The translations under genes and the position numbers were made by a program. The notes beneath the pieces were generated by a model. That model made no database searches, was not told the DNA's origin, and saw only the letters and a program-made list of their open reading frames with translations. Shown here piece after piece: positions 52,600-64,000 of a DNA stretch of 64,000 nt (position 1 is the first letter of the stretch; each line of letters starts with the position of its first letter). Origin of the DNA: Chrysomallon squamiferum (taxonomy: Eukaryota; Animalia; Mollusca); the NCBI GenBank assembly GCA_012295275.1, contig CM022670.1, positions 27,528,001 through 27,592,000 on the forward strand, given 5' to 3'.

Positions 52600-53430
52600 A
52601 TTTATTATTCATGTATAATAAAATCTTTTAATTGTTGGGAATCAAAAGAGTTGGTTAGACTATGTTGTTGTTAACAATTTCAAGTTTTTTTTCTTCGAAC
52701 TCAAAGTTCCTTTTCTCAGCAATCAGATTACTGAAATGCTCCGTCTAAGTGTTAGGAAAAATTTCATCTGCAATGATGTTCAAGATAGAAATTAACATTG
52801 GGATCATGAGCATCGATAATTCAAATTGTTGCAGATAAGTGCTGCAAATATGCTGAAGCTTGCACCTTTCAAATCTGTCAAGTGATGGAGGTCCATCCTT
52901 CTCCAAATAATTTGAAAGTTATCACTATCACAAGTGTCTACACCAGGCAAGAGCAACCTTTTTCGAGAAGTGGGCCACAGGAGACATGGTTCATCCTCAG
53001 GTGGGCCGCAGGTACAAATTTTGGTGATTTTGTGTTTTTATGTAGAGTTTATTTTAAGAAAATTTTCATTTTCATTTACTTCAGGAACTGTTATAATAAA
53101 AAAAAATTACATGTGTTTTAGTATATTAGTAGATACAAATCGAGCAATTGTAAAGAACATGTATCAACAAATAAAAGCAAGTCATTTTTGAGTATTAAGT
53201 TTTCCAACTGTTTTCCTCTGATGTTTACATCGTCACATCCCCAAAAGTGTGGTGACCATTAAATTCTCCAGTAACAATGAAGGGAGTACGTAGTTGGTCA
53301 AGAAGACCTCGAAGTGTCTTGAGATTAAAATTAAAATGATTAAATGGTGGCAAATAAACTGAGTTCAGAGTAATAGTTTTAACATCTGAGTTTGCCAGAT
53401 GCACCAATGCAAGGTAATCACGAAGGAAAA
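52600..53430 (-). mobile_element. Decayed non-LTR retrotransposon (I/Jockey-group-like) ORF2 fragment: APE endonuclease plus linker
   Basis: ORF 53225-53407 reads TITLNSVYLPP...LRGLLDQLRTPFIVTGEFNGHH, then after a frame change GCDDVNIRGKQLENLILKNDLL, matching the APE IY.PP / GDFNAHH..WG....RG..L pattern. The left boundary is uncertain. Confidence 0.8.
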
Positions 53431-54365
53431 AAGAAAGCCTCCCAAAAAGGCAATTTTTGGCTCCAAAAATTCATTTAGGAGACAGGTTTACATTTCTAAC
53501 ATTTGAAAACAACAACAACAACAACAACAATAATAATAAAATTTTAAAAATCGGTATTTGCATGAACATAGGTCGCGCAACAACATGTCACTGTATTCCA
53601 AGAAACTTTCAGCAAGATAGGATTAAAATATATCTTAATACTTATGTTGTCAAGAGCTCTTTTCACCGTTTGTTGTGAAAAAAGAGATTAATATTTGAAA
53701 CTAGATTCTTGTTCTAGATAGGTTCAGAAATTAAATGAATATGTGCACAGTTTATCCTACTGTTTTGAGCAAACAAATGCATAGGTTAAGTCCCGTAACA
53801 AAGGATTTTATTTAGTTTTGCTCAAATACATACTGTGTGATGAAACTTTTGGCAGTAAATAGCATTGTCAGGATTGATTTATTCTTGAAAAACCCACCAC
53901 TGAATGGTATGATGTGTGTGTTTCAATGTACACATATGCACTTTCTAAGCAAACTAAAATACAGCGAAGATTATAGAATCAATTTAGGATAAAGTAGTGA
54001 AAAGGTTAGGTTTGAGAGAAACTGTAAAATTTAAGACACTATCCTTTGAAAGTATTAAGTTTAAAAAACTGTTTTCGTAAGATGATGTATTTATTCTGAA
54101 ATTCATATTTTTAAAACATTTCTGCATTATTCAATTAACAAACAAAAATCAATACTGCTATTAAAATCAATTACTTTTTAAAAATAATTAATGTTCATTC
54201 TTGTAGTGACTAAGACAAGTACCTTTAAACTAAGAAAATATGTAAATTTGTGTCATTGTAAGAATTTACAAATTGATAAAATTTCGATTATGTTAGCAAC
54301 TTTATTATATGAATTACTATAAAATTTCTGAAATATAACAATAAATAGTCACGAAAAAGTAAAAA

Positions 54366-54401
<36 letters not shown>

Positions 54402-54814
54402 TAAAAAGATAAAGCAACTCAGATTGCATGATTAAACATTTTTATTTTTTGTAATTACATGAATATGACTAGAAATTAAAATCAAACCCACCCAAATAAA
54501 AAAAAAAAAAAAATAGACTACAGCCCCACCAACAAAAAAAAAAAAAAACAACTACCCAAAACACAACATTCTTATTTTAATGTATAAAAAAAAAACAAGT
54601 TTAAGGAAAATAAAATGAAGTTTAACTATGATAAAGTCTGAAAACAGGTACATAGTAGAATGTACATAGTAGAATGTACATAGTAGAGACAATGTGAATA
54701 CAATGAATATTCGCATTTTTTAAGAAAAAATAAAAGTTAACATATTATTATAAACAAAGCAGATTTCCAAATGGCAATTATTTTTTTAAATATTTTTATA
54801 TATTATTTTGAACA

Positions 54815-55092
54815 AAAATGTATTAAATAGTATTAACTACAGTTTGCAGAAAATACAAGGCTAGAATCCAAGAGAGAACAAGGTTTAATATCAATGAATA
54901 CCTATGCATTAAAAACACACCTAAAACAAGTGATTGGGAAATAGCCAATTACTATTTTAATGATAAATTATTCTAAAAAAAAAAATAAAAAAATGGAAGA
55001 AAATTTTAAAAATTAATTATAAAATGATAATAAGCAAGAGCAAAATTTTCGGAATACACAAAGTGATTTATCAACGATCATATTCAATATTT

Positions 55093-55135
<43 letters not shown>

Positions 55136-55317
55136 CTTTGCTATATTGTGGAAATACTGGTAATTTGATAGAATATTTTTTATATATATTAAAATTTAAG
55201 TGATGAAAACAAATGACTGGGAAATAGCCAATAACTATTTTAATAAAACTATTTTAAGGTATAAAAACAAGTGATCAGGAAGTAGCCAATTAATATTTTA
55301 ATGCTAAATTATTCTAT

Positions 55318-55371
<54 letters not shown>

Positions 55372-56624
55372 AAAAAAAATAAAAATTAAGGAAAAAAATT
55401 ATTATAAAATGATAATAACCAATAGCTGGTAATTTGATAGAATAAAATTAAAATTTAAGTGATGAAAACAAATGACTGGGAAATAGCCAATAACTATTTT
55501 TTCAGGAATACATTAAAAGTGATTTATCAATGATCATATTAAATATTTGAATAAGATTTTTTTTTTCAGTTTGGCTATATTGTGGAAATACAGGTAATTT
55601 GATAGAAGATTTTTATATATATTAAAATTTAAGTGATAAAAACAAGTGACTAGGAAAAAGCCAGTAACTATTTTAATAAAACTATTAAATTTATTTTATA
55701 GGTTATCAAAGGTAATCAAAAAATGATGAATAACAAACAGCAAAAATTTTTGAACACACAAAATGACATTTGTAAGATTTCTTTTTTTTAGATGTAGCAA
55801 ATACCAGGTAGAATCCAAGAGGGAACAAGGTTTAATATCAATGAATACCTATGCATTAAAAACACACCTAAAACAAGTGATGGGGAAATAGCCAATTACT
55901 ATTTTAATATTAAATTATTCTATCTATCAAAAATAAATAAATAAATAAACCAATAAATAAATAAATAAATAAATAAATAAAATAAATACAAATTAAAATA
56001 AATAATAAAATAAAAATTACATAAAGCCGACAAAATTTTTTGGAATACACAAAATCATTTATTAAGGATGATATTCAATATTTTTAAGATTTTTTTTTTT
56101 TTAACTTGGCTATATTCTGGAAATACTGGAAATCTGATAGAATTTTTTATATATATTAAAATTTAAGTGTTAAAAAACAAGTGACTGGGAAATAGCAAAT
56201 AACAATTTTAATAAATATATTATTTTTTTTTTTTTTTTTATTATTTTTTCTAAATCGAAAAGATAATCAAAAAAGGTAACCAACAGCAAACGTTTTTTTT
56301 TTTTTTTTTTTTTTCTTCTTGTTTATATTGTGGAAATACTGGTAATTTACAAAATGTTTTAAATATATTTTTATATATATAAAAAAATTTAAGTGATAAA
56401 AACAAGTGACTAGGAAAAAGCCAGTAACTATTTTAATAAAACTATTAAATTTATTTTATAGGTTATTAAATACACAAAGTGATTTATCAATGATCATATC
56501 AAAAAATGATGACTTGATATTGTGGAAATATGTTTTAAATATATTTATATTAAAATTTAAGGTATAAAAACAAGTGATCAGGAAGTAGCCAATTAATATT
56601 TTAATGCTAAATTATTCTATCTTT

Positions 56625-56667
<43 letters not shown>

Positions 56668-57169
56668 AAAAGAAAATTAAAAAATTATTATAAAATGATA
56701 ATAACCAATAGCAAAACTTTCCGAATACACAAAGTGATTTATCAATGATCATATTAAACATTTGTAAGATTTTTTTTTTTTTTCAGTTTGGCTATATTGT
56801 GGAAATACAGGTAATTTGATAGAAGATTTTTATATATATTAAAATTTAGTGATAAAAACAAGTGACTAGGAAAAAGACAGTAACTATTTTAATAAAACTA
56901 TTAAATTTATTTTATAGGTTATTAAAGGTAATCAAAAAATGATGAATAACAAACAGCGAAAATTTTTGAACACACAAAATGACATTTGTAAGATTTCTTT
57001 TTTTAGATGTAGCAAATACCAGGTAGAATCCAAGAGGGAACAAGGTTTAATATCAATGAATACCTATGCATTAAAAAACACACCTAAAACAAGTGATGGG
57101 GAAATAGCCAATTACTATTTTAATATTAAATTATTCTATCTATCAAAAATAAATAAATAAATAAACCAA

Positions 57170-57226
<57 letters not shown>

Positions 57227-59170
57227 AAATTAAAATAAATAATAAAATAAAAATTACATAAAGCCGACAAAAATTTTGGAATACACAAAATCATTTATTA
57301 AGGATGATATTCAATATTTTTAAGATTTTTTTTTTTTTAACTTGGCTATATTCTGGAAATACTGGAAATCTGATAGAATATTTTTTATATATATTAAAAT
57401 TTAAGTGTTAAAAACAAGTGACTGGGAAATAGCAAATAACAATTTTAATAAAATATATTTTTTTTTTTTATTCTTTTTTATAAATCGAAAGATAATCAAA
57501 AAGGTAACCAACAGCAAACGTTTTTGAACACACAAAATGATATTTGTAAGATTTCTTTTCTTCAACTCGGTTGTATTGTGGAAATACTGGTAACCTGATA
57601 CAAAATGTTTTAAATATATTTAAATTTAAGGTATAAAAACAAGTGATCAGGAAGTAGCCAATTAATATTTTAATGCTAAATTATTCTATCTTTCAAAAAA
57701 AAAAAAAAAAAAAATGGAAGAATATTTTAAAAATTAATTATAAAATGATAATAAGGAAGAGCAAAATTTTCGGAATACACAAAGTGATTTATCAATCATC
57801 ATATTCAATATTTGTAAGATTTTTTTTTTTTTTTTTTTCTTCGCTATATTGTGGAAATACTGGTAATTTTATAGAATATTTTTTATATATATTAAAATTT
57901 AAGTGATAAAAACAAGTGACTAGGAAAAAGCCAGTAACTATTTTAATAAAACTATTAAATTTATTTTATAGGTTATTAAAGGTAATCAAAAAATGATGAC
58001 TTGATACAATATGTTTTAAATATATTTAAATTTAAGGTATAAAAACAAGTGATCAGGAAGTAGCCAATTAATATTTTAATGCTAAATTATTCTATCTCAA
58101 AAAAAAAATAAAAAAAAAAAAAAAAAAAAAAAAAAAATAAAAAAAAATTAAAAGAAAATTAAAAAATTATTATAAAATGATTATTCTATCTATCAAAAAT
58201 AAATAAATAAATAAACCAATAAATAAATAAATAAATAAAATATATTTAAATTTAAGGTATAAAAACAAGTGATCAGGAAGTAGCCAATTAATATTTTAAT
58301 GCTAAATTATTCTATCTTTCAAAAAAAAAAAAGGGAAAAAAAATGGAAGAATATTTTAAAAATTAATTATAAAATGATAATAAGCAAGAGCAAAATTTTC
58401 GGAATACACAAAGTGATTTATCAATGATCATACTAAATATTTGTAAGATTTTTTTTTTTTTTTCAGTTTGGCTATATTGTGGAAATACAGGTAATTTGAT
58501 AGAAGATTTTTATATATATTAAAATTTAAGTGATAAAAACAAGTGACTGGGAAAAAGACAGTAACTATTTTAATAAAACTTAAATTTATTTTATAGGTTA
58601 TTAAAGGTAATCAAAAAATGATGAATAACTAACAGCAAAAATTTTTGAACACACAAAATGACATTTATAAGATTTCTTTTTTAGAATATTAGTTTAAACA
58701 AAGATGTGTTAAATAGTATTAACTACAGTTTGCAGCAAATAACAGGCTACAATCCAAGAGGGAACAAGGTTTAACATGAATGAATACCTATGCATTAGAA
58801 ACACACCTAAAACAAGTGATCAGGAAATAGCCAATTACTATTCTAAGTTAAAATTATTGTATCTATCGAAAGCAAAATGAAACAAAAAATAAAAACAAAA
58901 GAAATAAATAAAATAAAAATTAATTAAAGCTGACAAAATTTTCAGAATACACAAAATCATTTATTAAGGATGATATTCGATATTTGTAAGATTTCTTTTC
59001 TTCAACTTGGCTGTATTGTGGAAATACTGGTAACTTAAAATTTAAGTGATAAAAAGAAGTGACTGGGAAATGGCCAATAATTTTAATGAAACATTTTATG
59101 ATAAAATGGTAATCAAAAAATGATAAATAACCAACCTGAAAATTTTCTGTATACACCAAATGGTATTGGT
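54815..59170. repeat. Satellite A, second array
   Basis: Same motifs as 20560-25370; landmark gatgtagcaaataccagg at 55791 and 57006. Confidence 0.92.
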
Positions 59171-59189
59171 AAAAAAAAATAAAAATAAA

Positions 59190-60310
59190 ATATTGAACTT
59201 AAATAACAATAAAGCAAAAATGAATTAATAACATGATAATAAGCAACAGCAAAATTTTCAGAATACATAATTACTATTTTAATGTCAAATTATTCTGACT
59301 TTCAAAAACAAAACAAACAAAATAAATTTAAAATTAAAATAACAATAAAGCAAAAATGAATTAAAAACATGATAATAAGCAACTGCAAAATTTTCAGAAT
59401 ACATAATTACTGTTTTAATGTCAAATTATTCTATCTTTCAAAAACAACAAACAAAAAAATAAAATTAAAATAAACGATAAATAAAAACGAATTAAAAACA
59501 TGATAATAAGCAACAGCAAAATTTTCAAAATACATTATTACTATTTTAATGTCAAATTATTCTGACTTTCAAAAACAAAACAAACAAAATAAATTTAAAA
59601 TTAAAATAACAATAAAGCAAAAATGAATTAAAAACATGATAATAAGCAACAGCAAAATTTTCAGAATACATAATTACTGTTTTAATGTCAAATTATTCTA
59701 TCTTTCAAAAAAACAAACAAACAAACAAAAAAATTAAATTAAAATAAACGATAAATAAAAATGAATTAAAAACATGATAATAAGCAACAGGAAAATTTTC
59801 AAAATACATAATTACTATTTTAATGTCAAATTATTCTAACTTTCAAAAACAAAAAAAGTAAAAAATAAATTTAAAATTAAATTAACAATAAAGTAAAAAT
59901 GAATTAAAAACATGATAATAACCAACAGCAAAATTTTCAGAATACATAATTACTATTTTAGTGTCAAATTATTCTAACTCAAAAAAAAAAAAAAAAAAGA
60001 AACAAAAGAAAATTAAAATTAAAATAAACGATAAAATAAAAACGAATTAAAAACACAATAATAAGAAACAGCCAAATTTTCGGATTATACAAATACTATT
60101 TTAATGTCAAATTATTCTGTTTCAAAAAAAAAAAAAAAAAAAAAAATTAAAATTAAAATAAACAACTAAATAAAAATGAATTTAAAAAATTATAATAACC
60201 AACAGCAAAATTTTCAGAATACACAATTACCATTTTAATGTCAAATTATTCTATCTTTCAAAAACAAAAACAAAATAAATTAAATTTTAAATTAAAATAA
60301 ACAATAAAGT
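59190..60310. repeat. Satellite B, second array
   Basis: Same ~125-bp unit as 25390-26560. Confidence 0.92.
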
Positions 60311-61009
60311 AAAAACCATATAAAACAGCAACTGGCCAATCAAAGCTAATATCTTTTTGCCAGAAATAAAGCTTGACATTTTTGGCAAAGGATATCATAA
60401 ATTATAACTTTGTGTATAGTTATTTAATTACATTACAAATTTTTTATACACTATTTCATCTACATTTAATTGTATGAATTCAAAAAATACATATTTCCAA
60501 TTATCTCACCATAAAAACAAAACAAAAATTAAAAAAAAAATTAAATAAAATGTTCAAAAGATAGAAAACAATTTTTTTTAAATTAGAAAATGATGAATAA
60601 GCATGAATTAAAAAAAGGTATATATTTCCAATTATCTGACCAAACTATTTTTTTTATAATTTAAAAATCACGATAATTTTCCACTTTGAAATATGAATTT
60701 CACATTCTGATTTACAGAAATTTTCTAAATCATTCAGAATAAAAAAAGACAGACTGATAGAAAATATTATAATGACATTTTAAAACATATTGCAAACAGC
60801 AGTTTCTGTACTATACTAGCTATGTGATTGCATTAGAATTATTTAGCATTTGACAGAGAAGTTCAACTGTGTAGGAAAAGGTAATACCACTAACTACAAT
60901 AATAATAACAATGAAATATAATAATAATAATAATAATAATAACAATAAACAATTTTATGAATAATAAAATTACACATGCATGTGTATAAAGTTGCCATGC
61001 ACTCTTGTT

Positions 61010-63235
61010 TTAGCTATTACCCGTCTTGTTAGTACACTTATCTACTTCTTATATTTTTACAATGTTGTTATACCAGTACTTTTATTCTTAGAATAAAACC
61101 TTTTTTGCTGAATTTAAACAAAATTTTTTTTTAAACAAAAATAACCGAGTTAATGAAAAAAGACTACCTCTTCACTTGTGTGAATAGATAGATACTGATA
61201 TAATAGATACTATTGACAGAGACACACATATTAAAATTTAAGTGATAAAGAATATAATGCTTATTATATATATATATTTTACAGTTTTCTGAATAAATAT
61301 TAAAAACTTTTAGAACCATAAGATTTTTTTTCAGTATTTAAAAAAAATAAAATAAAGAAATGAACAATATTAATTTACAAAAAAAAGAGAAAAAAGGACA
61401 AAAAAGCTAAAAGTAAAAAAATTATAAGCAACAAAAAAAAAAACCTTTTCACAGATATGAGTAGTTTTATATATGTTGATGTAACAGATGTTGAGAACAT
61501 AATCAATGGCTTATATGATGCTTATATGATATTTAGCTATTTCCCCGTCTTGTTAGTACTTATCTACTTCTTATATTTTTACAATGTTGTTATACCAGTA
61601 CTTTTATTCTTAGAATAAAACCTTTTTTGCTGAATTTAAACAAAATTTTTTTTAAACAAAAATAACCTGAGTTAATGAAAAAAGACTACCTCTTCACTTG
61701 TGTGAATAGATAGATACTGATATAATAGATACTGTATACAGACACACATATTAAAATTTAAGTGATAAAGAATATAATGCTTATTATATATATATATTTT
61801 ACAGTTTTCTGAATAAATATTAAAAACTTTTAGAACCATAAGATTTTTTTTCAGTATTTAAAAAAAATAAAATAAAGAAATGAACAATATTAATTTACAA
61901 AAAAAAAAAAAAAAAGGACAAAAAAGCTAAAAGTAAAAAAATTATAAGCAACAAAAAAAAAAACCTTTTCACAGATATGAGTAGTTTTATATATGTTGAT
62001 GTAACAGATGTTGAGAACATAATCAATGGCTTATATGATGCTTATATGATATTTAGCTATTTCCCCGTCTTGTTAGTACTTATCTACTTCTTATATTTTT
62101 ACAATGTTGTTATACCAGTACTTTTATTCTTAGAATAAAACCTTTTTTGCTGAATTTAAACAAAATTTAAAAAAAAAAAAATAACCTGAGTTAATGAAAA
62201 AAGACTACCTCTTCACTTGTGTGAATAGATAGATACTGATATAATAGATACTGTATACAGACACACATATTAAAATTTAAGTGATAAAGAATATAATGCT
62301 TATTATATATATATATTTTACAGTTTTCTGAATAAATATTAACAACTTTTAGAACCATAAATTTTTTTTTCAGTATTTAAAAAAAATAAAATAAAGAAAT
62401 GAACAATATTAATTTACAAAAAAAAAAAAGGAAAAAAGGACAAAAAAGCTAAAAGAAAAAAAATTATAAGCAACAAAAAAAAAAACCTTTTCACAGATAT
62501 GAGTAGTTTTATATATGTTGATGTAACAGATGTTGAGAACATAATCAATGGCTTATATGATGCTTATATGATATTTAGCTATTTCCCCGTCTTGTTAGTA
62601 CTTATCTACTTCTTATATTTTTACAATGTTGTTATACCAGTACTTTTATTCTTAGAATAAAACCTTTTTTGCTGAATTTAAACAAAATTTTTTTTAAACA
62701 AAAATAACCTGAGTTAATGAAAAAAGACTACCTCTTCACTTGTGTGAATAGATAGATACTGATATAATAGATACTATTGACAGAGACACACATATTAAAA
62801 TTTAAGTGATAAAGAATATAATGCTTATTATATATATATATTTTACAGTTTTCTGAATAAATATTAAAAACTTTTAGAATCATAAAAGATTTTTTTTTTC
62901 AGTATTTACAAAAAATAAAATAAAGAAATTAACAATATTAATTTACAAAAAAAAAAAAAAAAAAACGGGACAAAAAAAGCTAAAAGTAAAAAAATTATAA
63001 GCAACAAAAAAAAAACTACCTTTTCACAGATATGAGTAGTTTTATATATGTTGAGAACATAATCAATGGCTTATATGATGCTTATATGATATTTAACCAT
63101 TTCCTGTCTCGTTAGTACATTCTACTACTTCTTTTATTTTTATAATTTTGTTATGCCATTACTTTTATTCTTAGAATTAAACCTTTTTACTGAATTTAAA
63201 CAAATTATCTTTTTTAAACAAATATAACCGAGATA
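61010..63235. repeat. Satellite C, second array: 4 full copies plus a partial one
   Basis: Unit starts at about 61010, 61533, 62053 and 62575, with a degenerate start at 63094. Confidence 0.95.
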
Positions 63236-63668
63236 ATGATAACCTATGTCTTGCATATGTAAAATACGAAACTCTAAAATATTACAATATGAGTAAAATA
63301 ATACACTGGTTTAGAAAGTGTAGTTTTTGCATAGTTTTTCTAGCTTTATGAAAACTTTGACCATTCTTTATATCAATTTTCCTATTCTACTTCATCTCAT
63401 AAAAACAAGAATAGCATCTTTAGGTTGTAATTAAATAACATCATAGACATACAACCATTCGGTTAAATATATAGAAATAAATAAAAAGTTAATAATCTAC
63501 AAAATCAGTACATATCTGTTCTGCACATTTTGTCTTTAGGTTAATATTAAACAACATCATTTACTTTCAACTATACATTTAAATATATGGAAATAAACAG
63601 AGTTAATAATTTAGAAGAGTGAAACTTTACATTCGACTGTGTCATTTTATCACTGAAAATGGAAAGTC

Positions 63669-63692
63669 TTAGTAGTGTGGAGAGGTGTTGAC
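63669..63692 (-). CDS. Putative terminal exon of a further CDC14 copy lying beyond the window
   Basis: Identical to the tentative last exon 30456-30479 (atttcag|gtcaacacctctccacactactaa). Confidence 0.3.
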   Translation of the reverse strand, partial: VNTSPHY

Positions 63693-64000
63693 CTGAAATG
63701 AGAGACATCAATTATAAATTCTCTTCCAAACAATAATAATTATATATGTTTAAAAATGTACGTGCTATAAGAAATTATTACTTTAATATTTTAAAATTAA
63801 TCTGAAAAGTTTCTGAGTAACTGTTTCTGATGTGATTGAACAATTTAAGTAATAAAAGTTATAACAATACAAATTTACCCTAGACTGTTATTAATGATAA
63901 AAATTACATGTAACCAGTTTCTTCATATTTATTGTAAAATTTAGTCACAACCTCTTCAAATAAATGTTTGTTGACAAATTTTTCTTTATTAAATATACCA

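Larger units (their letters stand above)
53188..64000. repeat. Copy 2 of the direct segmental duplication, continuing beyond the window
   Basis: Colinear with 18916-31500 apart from satellite copy number and the 30574-31280 segment. Confidence 0.96.

Noticed and set aside
56939-59159. ORFs inside the satellites (also 25169 and 29431)
   Set aside because: Chance open frames in AT-rich repeats; homopolymer length changes break them in sister monomers.

Overview
AT-rich eukaryotic (animal-like) genomic DNA with GT-AG introns, many microsatellites and one 200-N scaffold gap (18716-18915). It contains a multi-exon CDC14-family dual-specificity phosphatase gene on the - strand (43778 to about 30456), head-to-head with an unrecognised 4-exon gene (46552-48512, +). 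This gene pair is repeated in inverted orientation at 3808-18715 (cut by the gap). The satellite-rich block 18916-~31500, which holds the probable CDC14 3' end, recurs in direct orientation from 53188 to the window end, about 34.3 kb away. A C-type lectin gene lies at 1-3460 (-). Decayed LINE (APE endonuclease) and Tc1/mariner fragments and three adjacent satellite arrays are also present. Most notable: a dead duplicate of CDC14 exon 8 that resembles canonical CDC14 more than the live exon does in several respects, an apparent +1 frameshift inside the HCKAGLGRTG catalytic loop, and an amplicon-like architecture with abrupt steps in copy divergence. All alignments were done by eye; assembly artefacts (haplotigs, mis-oriented contig, homopolymer errors) cannot be excluded without reads.
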